Positions 24,801 through 37,178 of a DNA stretch of 64,000 bases are shown here, piece after piece. Position numbers and translations under genes: made by a program. The stretch is from Oculina patagonica. Lineage: Eukaryota. The notes below the pieces were generated by a model, which was given only the letters and a program-made list of their open reading frames with translations, ran no database searches and was not told where the DNA came from. Each line of letters starts with the position of its first letter. Position 1 is the stretch's first letter. The stretch spans positions 11,470,001 to 11,534,000 of the forward strand of contig NC_135761.1 in NCBI RefSeq assembly GCF_052425735.1. Reading direction: 5' to 3'.

Positions 24801-26763
24801 GCGCGTAAATTTGATCAAGATCACAGTGAACGCACTCATCTCAAGTCAACGCAAGTACAGGCCAGTCCTGGCCAAACAGAGTCGCGAGCAGACGCGAAGT
24901 TTCGCCAAAAAGCCGTTAAAGTTTTCACGCGCAATATTATGTGTTACCTATATCGAGTGTCTCGGTGTTGACGTTGGAGTACCCTCCTGTGACGTAAAGC
25001 TGTCCTCCATAGCTGGAAATTCCATGGTACCCACGATCCCTTGTAAACCGCGGCAAGTCGGACCATAGCTGGGTCACCACATTGAAGCCGTAGACTAAAA
25101 AAAAATAGTTAGCAAATATGTTCAGTTTCGATTCATGATTTATTAACTGCGCGTATACTAGAGGCCTCGCCAAACATGGTCGCAAGTAGACGCAAGTCAG
25201 TCGCAAAATGAACTTGCGTACAGACTCGCGTTGCCGGCCAAACGGACTCGTAAGTTTACTTGCAAGTGCACACAAGTTGTTAAAAAAGGTCAATTCAATG
25301 CTACTGCGCGCGCTGCAATTCAGTACTTGAAGTAACTCTCAAGACTTGCGTTGACTTACGTTGGGTGGCCAAACGGGGAAAAAACTTGCGCTGACTTGCG
25401 TGCAAATTTGATCTCGACCAAAGTGAACGCAAGTCATCGCAAGTCAACGCAAGTGCACGCAAGTCCTGGCCAAACGGAGACGCAAGCGAACGCAAGTTAA
25501 AAACTTGCGTCTACTTGCGCGTCCGTTTGGCCAGGCCTTAAGAGTTGCGTGCACTAACGTCTCTCGAGTTCCCTTCTTATTTAGAGAAAAGTATTATTTT
25601 AACCAAATCTTCGTTTGCGTTTTTTAACAGGGGTGCTTATGAGAAAAATGTTTTCTAATGGGAGCGTTTATCTGAGGAAGTCGGGCGCTGAAACTTGCCC
25701 ATCGTTGCGGTGACCAATCAGTGTAGAAAAAACAACTTACTTTTAGTAGTTTTAAATGCTTTATTTACGAGCTGCAAATGTGATTGCTTTGTCGTGAGTT
25801 GTGCAAGAGGTAATCTTTCCTACCTGTACTCTGATTGTGATAATCTCCATTGCCTCCCATGGCGATGAGAATTTCGTGAAAGCGTTCGTAATTGCGTGGC
25901 CTGGTTCTCGTGCTGTCCAGCAGTTGGCGGCGATCTGGTAACAAATGATAATGCTGTGCTTCTTGCAGAAATTCCTTGCACCTTGGCGAGGTGTTGAAAA
26001 GTTCTTCGTTTTCAACTACGTCAACAAGATAATACGGTGAAACAAGAGGAAGACGAACATCCTCCATTAAAACCGGAAAGAACTCCCGTCTGTTTTCTCG
26101 ATCGTAGTTTATCCAACCAAGTAACGCTTCGTATACCTTTTCTTCGTTTTCCACTGAAATTTCATCGCTCTGGAGTAAAACCTGTATTTGTTTCTCGTCC
26201 AAATTCAGGAACTCTTCACTCTCGGCCACGTGGGGGAAATTTTGAAAGATGAAATTATTTGTAATCGTCCAAAGTTTTTGACACGCGTAAGTCTCCGCAA
26301 GACTTTGAATGCCGAGACAGTTCTTGACACTAAGTCGGCTTTCAAGAAAACGCGAGCATGCATCTTTTACAGACTGTACAAGCATCAGATTCGCGCCTTG
26401 AAGGATCGGCTCGACGTTGTTCCAGTCCAGTACAATCTCGCCAGTGTAAATAAATCTCAATATCATTTTCATGCTGTCCTTATCGACGCCTGTGATTGTG
26501 ATCTCGCGTTGGTTACGTTCCTTCATGTTTCCGTTGAACATGGCGAAAAAATAGTCGGAGCTGGCGGAAAGGATATTCCTATGCGCTTGAAACTCTTCGT
26601 CTTCAGACTTGATCGTAACATCGCACATGATGCCTTGTTTTTGGAGCCCACTTAATCTCTTCAAGACATCTTTTGAGTATTTTTCATCCGAAAAGACGAA
26701 ACTATCGTCCATAGCTTGTCTTTTCAAATTAACCTTCTGAGGCAATCGTCTTTTCGGCCGCAT
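21880..26763 (-). CDS. Kelch-like protein (BTB-BACK-6xKelch, Cul3 adaptor type) with C-terminal CaaX (CIIC), 603 aa
   Basis: Exons 26763-25824, 25094-24948, 24117-23949, 23287-23153, 22300-21880 total 1812 nt in frame; CDVTIK..FQAHRNILSASSDYFFAMF (BTB), NCLGI..VRLPLV (BACK), six GG-containing Kelch blades. Confidence 0.92.
23339..23575. mobile_element. PIF/Harbinger-like MITE
   Basis: CGGGCCAAACGAGGATGAGAGTTGATGAGAG / CTCTCATCAACTCTCATCTTCGTTTGGCCCG inverted ends; TAA/TTA flanks. Confidence 0.75.
24555..24920. mobile_element. Older copy of the ACGCAAGT-repeat MITE
   Basis: Homologous to 25162-25539 (gctactgcg..gcaattcagtacttgaagtaa; cctggccaaac). Confidence 0.6.
25162..25539. mobile_element. 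PIF/Harbinger-like MITE with ACGCAAGT/ACTTGCGT repeats
   Basis: AGGCCTCGCCAAAC..CGCAAGTAGACGCAAG / CTTGCGTCTACTTGCG..GTTTGGCCAGGCCT. Confidence 0.75.
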
Positions 26764-27074
26764 AAAACTACTCTAACATAAAGGCTACATTGTAAAAACC
26801 AAGCTTATCTGAAACTGATTCTTATAACGTACGGCGTTCTCTATTATCACGTAAAATTCGTAATTAAAGCGAGATGGTTATATCATCATTAATTAGATCA
26901 TTAGTTCTGCTTAATTAATTATACCATAAGGGTTGCTCCTTGATGCAACAAAACGAATGAAATTTATTACATTTTGTCATGTCATTCAGAGCAATAAGTT
27001 ACACTTAGTTTAATTTTAAAATCAGAAAACAGCCCGAGCTTGCGCGAACCCGCGCGCGCGCTCAGCCATATACA

Positions 27075-27161
27075 CAACCTGGTTACCAGGGCCTCTCCCT
27101 TTCCTCCTTTGTCTCCTCGACGACAAGGGAGGAAAAGGAGAGGGGGCCTGGAACGAGGTTG
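27075..27161. mobile_element. 87-bp CAACC..GGTTG MITE with 9-bp TSD
   Basis: TSD CCATATACA at 27066-27074 and 27162-27170. Confidence 0.85.
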
Positions 27162-27207
27162 CCATATACATAACGGATGCGTCAGTCTTTACTTCAAAAA
27201 AATACGT

Positions 27208-27279
27208 CAACAACTTTCCCAGGCTCTCTATCTCGGACTACAAGGGAGGAAAAGAAGAGAGAGCCTGAGAAAGAGGTTG
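27208..27279. mobile_element. Second CAAC..GTTG MITE with near-perfect 9-bp TSD
   Basis: AAAATACGT left, GAAATACGT right. Confidence 0.7.
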
Positions 27280-27899
27280 GAAATACGTTTTGTAGAATTT
27301 CAATTCGTGTCAAACGCGGGCTCAGTCCATTCTCGGATATTCCCCGTCAGGTCGTCTGCATCAGCACTGTCTGCAGTTGGGCTCGACACAAGTCCACCAT
27401 CATCGCTTCGTCCAGCTACGATTGACGAAGTCCCGACAAACGGAAAGTAGCAAAGAAACCAACCTCGTATGCGCATCTGGGCAATAAACTTTCCACGCGC
27501 ACGCTTATCAGTGTAAAAAAAAAAAAATTAAACTTGAAGAAACTTCTTAGTAGCTTAATATATATAGACGACGTAGAAATACGTTTCCAAAGAGTTTCTT
27601 AGCAAAGTCGTGGCAAATAGTTCTACTCTGGTTCTAGTTGAGTGCTTGCAGTGAATTGCGTTTACTTTCCAGTTGATCGTAATCAAACAGGGAGTGAACA
27701 GGTTCGCCGATCGACGGATTTGGCCTTAAAGCGCACAAATGGCGGACTAGAAATTGAGCGGATTCGCAGATTTTCCTTCGAGACTTTTTGAGAAATGCAG
27801 AATATAATGTTACCTTCGTATCGGCAAGAAGTGATGAAAAACTTCTTAAAAAAATGGGATTTTAGAATGACTACAGTCCGTTGCAGTGAAACGAAACGC

Positions 27900-28042
27900 A
27901 CCCTGCAAGCAGAGCCCTTCCTTTTCCACTGATCTACTTGAGAATAAATGACTTCAAGGAAATGACACGATTTATGCAGAGCCTCTTTCTACTTCTCAAA
28001 TATCAACTGCAGGGAAGTTAAAAGTGGCTCTGCTCGCAGGGT
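27900..28042. mobile_element. ACCCTGC..GCAGGGT MITE
   Basis: ACCCTGCAAGCAGAGCC / GGCTCTGCTCGCAGGGT inverted ends; a related half-copy lies at ~51677. Confidence 0.6.
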
Positions 28043-28634
28043 GAGTGAAACTATACCACAGATAACTTTCAAGCACTGATTGGGCCAAAAAAAAAGCCTG
28101 GATCGGTGAATTTGCGTAACCCCTTTTCCCTTCCCCCATCTTATTTCTACACTGTCTCAAGTTTTCACCGTTTTGCTATCCACAGTCACAGCCAGTTGGT
28201 CTTGAGAAAGTTAACAACTAACAGTTATGACTAATACTCCAAATACTGAAAGGCTGTTTTCAAAAATCCCACTATAAAACAAGGAGAAACACAATCGCTT
28301 TGTTTTTGACGTACATGATGAAACGAGGTTTGCTCCCTTTTTGTTTACAAAGGTTTTTCTAATTCCAAAATTAGAAAATAAACGTGAAGGCATTTCTTTT
28401 TCGTATCCGCTTATATCTTTCCCTCCTAATCACTTGCTTATTTTGGCCTGCGCCAGAGGCTGTGCATGTGAAAACCGCGTGTTGTTGAGCAGACTGGAAA
28501 CGAATCTGGCGTTTGCTCATGCGCAAATAGGCTGACGCAACTACTGCATGTGGAAAATTCTTCCCGCAATACCGAGAAATTCTTGCTAATAATTTGGAAT
28601 AAAGGCCCTTTTTTCGGTGGAATTAGACATAAAA

Positions 28635-31600
28635 ATGGCCGAAGATGAAGCGGTAAGTATACTGTGTTTGTTAACTAATGTACTATTGAAAATTTAGGTC
28701 TTTTAGCCAGTCTGATGTCCTGTAATTTCACTGTGAAAATCGTAGATGTTCGACCCAACGATGAAGAAGAAGAAGAAAAAGAAGAAGGTTCTTTTAGATC
28801 TTGATGCTCTTGAAGAGCCAAACGCTCCCTCCAATGTGGATGAGAAAAACGAAAATGCTCCTGAAAACGAGAATCAGGACAATGTAGCGACAGAAGAAAA
28901 AGAAGACAAAGAAGATACAGGTAAAAATGATGATGACGAAGTAACATGAAGAATATTATTGCATTGTGTGATCTTCTACGCTAATTGTTGGTCATGTAGT
29001 GATCTTGTACTCAACGTGATCACTTCTAGAGCGTCACAGTGGCTCCTTACGTCCTAAAATTGGAAGCGAGACCTAATTTTTACGCGTATAAGTAATCACA
29101 GTACTTAGAGTTTTCTTTCATAAGCATTGTAACGGATACTGATGGAGCTTTCATGTATGTTGAATGAATGATATTGATATTGTTTGCATGGATCAACGTT
29201 ATCAATAACCTCACATTTACCTAGAGGCTGACATGGAGAAAATACACTAATTCCCACTCACATCAAAGCCGAAACATGTTTTAAAGCTGTTAGTATAAAG
29301 CTGTTAAGTATTAAATTTTTGCTTGAAACATTGTGGCCATTATAGTGTTCCCATAGAAAAGTTATGCATACAGTCGAAGCTCTCGTAGGCGGACACCCTC
29401 GGGACGCAAAAAAAGTGTCCATAACTGGACCTGGCCGCGTACGATAATGGTTTTCGTAAGCAGCCACCAGAGGTGTAGGGGGAAAGATGGCCTCTTACGG
29501 GAGCTTGCCCAGCTAACAATAACCAGACAGACGTAGATGACGACAAAACAAACACTGAAATATGGTACTGTAATTACTGTAAAATCATTGTGACGAATGT
29601 CGATGTGAAGTTGATTTATAAAAACACGATACAGAGGTTGTTAATCGGATTTTCTTTGGACTGTCCGCTTACGGGAGCTTAAAAACAAAGAAAAAGTCTA
29701 AGTCGTAATCTCTAAAAGTGTCCGCGGCCGCTTACGGGAATGTCGGCTTACGAGAATGTAAAAATACAGAGTTTGTATGGGAGTTAAAACGGGGTTTCAG
29801 ACAAGGCGACCGTAAGTAGAGCTGTCCGCTTACGAGAGACTCCGTTAAGAGAGTATTGACTGTAATTGGAAAAATGTTTGAAGATTGTTGCAGTTTCTTC
29901 TTTCAAAACTAAGCAGGGCAAACATTAGATTAACAAGCCACAAGTGTCATGGGAGTGGCATGACTCACATCTTTACTCCCGTTGCAGTGTCCTTCCATGT
30001 TCCTTGTGGCTTGCGCCTTTGCTGCTCACCACTACGGTCTAATTTTGCATTCATTCTGTTTGTGGAGAAAAATCATGACCTTTTGCAGACTGAATTGAAT
30101 GTTGTTGAAAATACAGTCTTTCAGTTTCAGCCACATACCATATTTATTTGATTAAACGCCTTTCTCGAATGAACGCCGCATTTTAGGGCAAAAATATGAT
30201 AAACGCCGCCCTCAAATATTAATAAACGCTGCATCGTGGTGCAGCCGTGGCCTTTATTCAAATAATAGACTCAAAAGGCAAATGCAGAAATAATCAACCT
30301 AAAAAATATTTTCCTTGATTGTAACAATGTTTTAAGATATTGAAAATGACTTTTCAGACATACACTAAAACATGGTTCTGTTTTTTAAATTCAGTTTTCA
30401 TACCAAGAAAGAAATAAATAAATTGAATTTTAATAAAACGCCACTCTCGTAAAAGCGCGCCCTCAAATAAATGCTTCACTTGAAATGTGATAAATAAATA
30501 TGCCCCGTAAATAAGGCTGGATGTGCATTAACATTAGTTTCTCAGAAATTAAGCGCCATGACATATGATGTATTTCAGAATAAATATTAACACTATAAAG
30601 ACATGACGTTTCGGTAATAACATGTCACCATTATCAAATACAAATTTTACAAGGTACGTAACGATATTTATAGAAAAGAGAGTGTGAAACTTCATTGCAA
30701 TAAATGAGGCGTGAAAAACAGAAAAATGTGACTACAAACGATGTAGTCAGCATTTGACTCCTGGAAAGATGACTTAAATTTATATCACCCACAAACCAAT
30801 TTGTTGCAGATATCTTGGATCTTGATGACTTTTCTGGAATGAAGAAAAAGAAAAAGAAGAAAAAGAAACCTTACGATATGGAAGGACTTGAGGATGCGCT
30901 ACCGGTCAGTAAAGCTAATAATGATACCGTATTGGTAAAGCATATGGAAGGCGGAATGGCCTAAGGTTTAGTGCGCTGGACTCCAGATTGAGCGGCCTGG
31001 CCGGTGTCATTGTGTTGTTTTCCTGTGCAAGACACTTCACTCTCACAGTGCCTCTCTCCACCCAGGTGTATTAATGGGTACCGGCAAACTCATGTTGGGG
31101 GTAACCCTGTGATGGGCTAGCATCTTATCCAGGGGGGGAGTAGAAATACTCCTAGTGGCTTCATGCTACTGAAACTGGAATAAGCTCCTGCCTGTATGGG
31201 CCACTAGGCTTGACCCAGACTTAACCTTTACCTTATTGGTAAAGCATAGACAAAGTAAGCATGCTGATTTCATGTGCAAAGATGCGCTGCATAATGTTAT
31301 GTTTATAAATACAGTATATACACTTGTGGGCTGATGCAACCATGTTGAAAGAAGCTGGTGTACATAGATTGAAACTAAAGCATTTCTGCCCTTCTGTTTT
31401 AATACTGTTTTAATTTCTTTGCTGAGTATGTGAACTTTTTCACTTCAGGATTCCTCAACTGATAACAAATCAGAAGAAACCGGAGAGGGAGAAAAGGATT
31501 CAGTAGCTGAAGCTGTAGATGACTTAGACTTCAGTTTTTCAACAAAGAAGAAGAAGAAAAAAAAGAAGGTGTGTAAAGCTGTGCATTTTGATCAGTTTTT

Positions 31601-34600
31601 CGAGAATTTTTTCTTTAATCGTTTGTCATCTGTTCAGTTAAATACATATACCAGTAGCTTAACCCTGGTTTATGAACAATGGAAACACACGTTTAAATAC
31701 CAGAGATACATTTTATGCATCGATTGAATGTTGAAATCTTAATGATTGCAAGATCTGTTTGATTTCATGTGCATATTGTGAATACAAGTCTAAGAGCAAG
31801 AGGATGAAGAAAAGGAAAATTTTGCAGTAGCAGTTTGTGCTTACACTTGAGTCTAGCCTGTCTTTCCTGGCAGTGAATTAAGGACTTTTGTCATGTGCTT
31901 ACTCTTCTACATGCACTTGTTCTAGCATTGCATGTCAAGACCAGGTTTTATTAATCTCGGGAGGGCACGTGGTCACGATGGAGTGAAGACGCGTCTTGTT
32001 TGAGCTCCGACTAAACCTGAAATTTATTTCATTTTAAATCATCTTTTTGTGAAAATGCTTCATGTCAGGTAAAACTTTAAGATCCGGAAAGAGCCTGCCA
32101 AGTTTAAATTGCGGTAAACAACGTGAAGACAAGCCGCCGCGGAAAGAAAGCAATAAGCCGACGCCGAAACACGAAGACGCCATGACAGCTGAAGTCTTGC
32201 AGGAGTTGAAGTCTATGAGGAATGACCTCACAGGACAAATTAAAAAGCTAAGTGTCGATCTTACAAACTTTCAACAGGACACGAATGCAAGATTAGCCAA
32301 AATAGAAAGCGTAATGGCGAAAATTGACGAGATAGATAACTTGAATACCAGAGCAGACAAGCTCGAAGAAGATGTCGGCCTTATGCAGGTTTCTTTGACG
32401 ACTATGAATTCTACAGTTGCAGCCTTTAAATCTAAAACGGAAAGAAGCAACGAGGAGCTCAAGAATAAAGTGGAACACTTAGAAAGATATTCTCGAGACT
32501 TCAATATCCGCATTATAGGCGTCGAAGAAGAAGATGGTGAAGATTGCATGTCGATTGTTATTGATTACTTCAAAACTCTTGGCTTTGAAGACGCCTTTAG
32601 AGAGTTGGAGAACGCTCATCGAACAGGAAAAAAGCGGGTCGATAAAGCCAGGCATATTATTGCGAAATTGTATAGTAGACCCTTCAAGAGGAACCTACTT
32701 CGAGCCGCAAAAAGTCCAGAGAAGAAACATGTGCTTAACGGAGTAAGAATAGTCGAGGACTTCACACCTGGTGACTTTGAACTGAGAAAAAAAGCGCTGC
32801 CTAAAATGAAAGAAGCTTTTGAGGCAGGAAAAAAAGTTCGGTTCACCAAAGGAAAGTTATTGATTGACGGTATGGTTTCTACTATTTGACAGAATGCATT
32901 AGGTAAAATAGATCATTTATATTCTTTATGTTTGTTCCTGAAAGCAGTCGGAGCGCAACTAAGATCAGCGCAATAATCATCGCGCTTCTGTTTTTCACTC
33001 GCTGTCGGAATGCTTGTGCATTGCTGCACAACCGCGAATTTTCAGAGTGGGCAATTGTCGTTATTTAGTTGCTTTTTCGTCGCTTTATTTTTAAGCGTAT
33101 ATACACCGTATTACTTGTTTACCTCAAATACTATAAAATTTGACACCATTGACTTAAGATATACAGTTTACATTTTAGCAGGTTGTAGTTATTTATTTAT
33201 ATTAAGATCCATTCCCTCCGATTTCATTTACTATATTACTTTTACTTGCTCAAATGGTTTCGGGTAGGCTTATTTCACTGAACATTCGAGGCATCAGCAA
33301 CTATCGAAAACGAAGAACAATTTTCACTTGGTGCAGAAAACAAAAAGCGGATGTTATTTTTCTACAGGAAACTCACTCGACTGAGAAAATTGAATCTCAA
33401 TGGAAAAGAGAATGGGGCGCTCCATTCTATTACTCTCATGGGGCTAGCAATGCCCGAGGGGTTGCAATCTTAATCCGAAACAACTTTGATTGCATAGTAG
33501 AACAAAAGGTAGCCGATGCACACGGCAGATTTCTTATACTCAAAGTATTACTCAAGGGAGAACAAGCTCTTTTGGTTAACATATATGGCCCAAATCGAGA
33601 TAATGAATTAGTAGCTTTTTACCTTTCGCTGTTGCAAACTATCGAGGAAAATGACTTCGACACCATTGAAAATATCATTGTGGGTGGAGACTTCAATTGT
33701 CCGTTAAACCCAACTGTCGACAAAAGAGGTGGAAACCTTTTTCCAAGACAATCGGTAATTAATACAATACAAGAGCTACAATCGGAACTGGATTTGCATG
33801 ACATTTGGCGTGTCAAAAACCCTACCACGCGTAGTTATACGTGGAGTCAGTCAGAACCTCAGATTTTTTCTAGATTAGATTATTGGTTAATTTCAAATTC
33901 TTTGGCAGATAACGTTAATACTGTGGATATAATACCCTCTATCAAAACTGATCATTCCGCAATAACAATAGAATTTCAAGACGTCAATGATAAAGCTAAG
34001 GGTCCCGGCATTTGGAAACTCAATTGTTCCCTACTAAGCGATGAGGTTTACGTTGAAAGAATAAACTCTTTAATACCTACTTGGGTACAAGAAGGGAAGA
34101 AGGATCTCAAAGACCCGCGATCAGTATGGGACTGGGTAAAATATAATATTAAAAAATATTCGAGAAAATACTCAATGAACAAATGTAAGGAAAAAAAAGC
34201 TGAAGAACAGATGTTAAACAAGCAATTTCAAGATGCGTATAAAATTTTTAAAGACAATCCGTCCCAACAAAATTCAGCAGCTTTAAATGCGGTACAAGAA
34301 CGAATTGAAAAACTTTATGAAAAAAAGGTTGAGGGTATAATTGTGAGATCCCGGGCACGCTGGCATGAACACGGAGAAAAAAACTCCAAATATTTTCTTA
34401 ATTTAGAGAAACGTAATCATATAAAAAAGCATATTCGGAAACTTCGCATGAGCGGCGTGATCACTACCAACCCTTATGAAATTTTGGAAGCTGAAAAGAC
34501 ATTTTATGAGAACCTTTACAAATCCAAGCATAACTGCTGTCCACAAAACCAATCATATTTCAGGTATGAAGACCTGCCAATACCGACTCTCTCTCAAGAA

Positions 34601-37147
34601 CTCAGACAAAGTGGTGAAGGAGTAATTAGCCTAGAAGAATGCACTGAAGTTTTAAATTCATTCCCTTTAAATAAGGTTCCAGGCAATGATGGATTACCAG
34701 TAGAATTTTACAAAACGTTTTGGTCTTCAGTTGGGAAACTTCTAGTGGAATGTTTTAACGAGTCATTTGAAAAGGGGGAAATGAGTTCATCCCAAAAGCA
34801 GGCCGTGATTACGCTTATTGAAAAAAAGGATCAGGATCGCTGCGAGCTTAAAAACTGGAGGCCAATCTCACTTTTAAACGTTGACGCGAAAATAGCTTCG
34901 AAAGTTATTGCCGAAAGAATGAAACGTCTTTTACCAGTATTAATTCATGCAAATCAAACAGGATATATTCCAGGTAGAAATATTGGGGAAAACATACGTT
35001 CAATTCTTGATATAATGAGCTTCACGCGAACTAAAAATTTGCCAGGTCTACTGTTATTCATTGACTTTGAAAAAGCTTTCGATAGCTTAGAATGGGATTT
35101 TCTTAATAAGTGTTTGGATCTATTTAACTTTGGACCTGATTTCAAAAGATGGGTTAACACCTTTTACAAAAATGTCAAAAGTTGCACAATAAACAATGGA
35201 TTATGTTCCCACTATTTTGATATTGAACGTGGGGTGCGACAGGGTGACCCTCTTTCTCCATATCTTTTCGTAATAGCTGTTGAAATATTGGCTATTGCTG
35301 TTAGAAATGATAAAAACATCAAAGGGATAAAGTTAGATGGCACGGAAACTAAATTGTTACAGTTTGCTGACGATACAACTACTATTCTAGCTGATTTGAA
35401 CTCTGCTCAGGCTTTGCTTAAATTACTTGATTACTTCGAGAAAATTTCAGGATTAAAATTAAACGTCATGAAAACTGAAGCCATGTGGATTGGATCTCTT
35501 CAGGACTGTGAAGAGGAACCAGTTGGATTTAGGTGGAAAAAATGTGTCAAATTTTTGGGTATCTTCATTACATATGACGTCAAGCTACTTGTTGAAAAAA
35601 ATTTTAAACAAAGATTGAAGAAAATTGCAAAGTTAATAAATCTTTGAAAGTCAAGAAACCTTTCCATTCATGGCAAAGTCAACATAATTAAAGCAATCCT
35701 TCTCCCAAAAATGATCTTTCCAAGCTCTTTTTTAAGCACTCCGTCACCTGTAGTAAAAGAATTTAACTCCTTGGTTTTTAACTTCCTGTGGAATGGGAAG
35801 GATAAAGTTACCCGACGCTCAACGTACGCACCTTATACCTTAGGTGGTCTTAAAATGATCGACCATGAAAACATGATAAAAGCACTAAGATTAAGCTGGC
35901 TGAAACGAATTATGGATGTAGAGTGCTCTGGCTTTTGGAAGCTTTACCTCAATTATCTTTTGAGGAACCAAGGAGGATTATTTTTCTTTCAATGCAATTA
36001 TGATGTAAATAAATTAAATATTTCATCAACCTTTTACCTTGAACTTTTATCATGGTGGTCTGAATTAAGAGAAAGCGCAGACCCTGACAGAGGTTACAAA
36101 TATATTTTTTGGAATAATAAAGAAATTTTGATTGAGGGCAGGACTATTTTTTATAGGCATTACTTTAATAATGGTGTTGTTTTTACAAAGGACCTGCTTT
36201 TTGATAAGACAAACACTGAGTCTTTCAGTACCATGAAAATACAAGGTTTATCAAATACAAATTTTTTAGTTTGGACTGGTCTAAGACAATCTGTCCCACT
36301 GAACCTACGTGGCAATGTGCCTAGCTCTAAGGAAGTTCTTGATATAGAAAATTATAAATGTCGAAATTACTATTGTCACTTAATAAAACTCAAATATGAA
36401 AAACCTAGCAAATGGGATAAACTCGGTCTAGAATTTGATTTGAGAGAAGATCAAATTTCATGGGCATACCTTCTACCTTTGAGGGTAGCAAGCGAACCTT
36501 ATGTACGCTCCTTTCAATACAAGGTGTTAAATTCTATTCTCTTTTCAAATGACCGCCTGTTTAAAATAGGCTACGTAACAAATCCTAACTGTACTTTTTG
36601 TCAAGTGAGTCGAGAAACTATCAATCACTTTTTGTTTGAATGCACTTTTTCAAAGTCTTTTTGGAATACGGTGACCGTTAATATTTTGAATAGGCTTGGT
36701 AGTTTCGGATGTCTCTTGTTACGTGATGTTATTATTGGAATTCTGAAGGAGGGAATGGACTTGGTAAACTATATAATAATTTTAGGAAAAACGTATCTTT
36801 GGACCTGTAAACGAAAAGGAATTAAACCCAACTTTGATCACTTCAAACAAATTTTAGAAATCAAATACGAAACTGAAAAATATATCGCTTTAAGACAAAT
36901 CAGATTAACGTGTTCAACAAAAAATGGAAAGCATTTGAGGAAAACGTCTAGAATAAGTAAAGTTAAGTAATAAGTTAGGTAAGGTAAAGTAATTACTCCT
37001 GTTGTACTTATAATTTTGTATGTTTTAGTATACGGTTTAAAAAAAAAAAAAAAAAACCTTGAGAAACTAAATTGTAAAGTAAAAATCTATTGCACATAAG
37101 TATAGGTTAAATCTTATCTTCTAATTTTGTAAAGTGTTGATTATCAA

Positions 37148-37178
<31 letters not shown>

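Noticed and set aside
25162-25539. Short regularly recurring repeats resembling a CRISPR array
   Set aside because: Internal ACGCAAGT repeats in both orientations within a TIR-bounded MITE; eukaryotic context and no cas genes.
35645-35647. Selenocysteine codon
   Set aside because: The position corresponds to Trp in a retrotransposon ORF2, and no SECIS was recognised.
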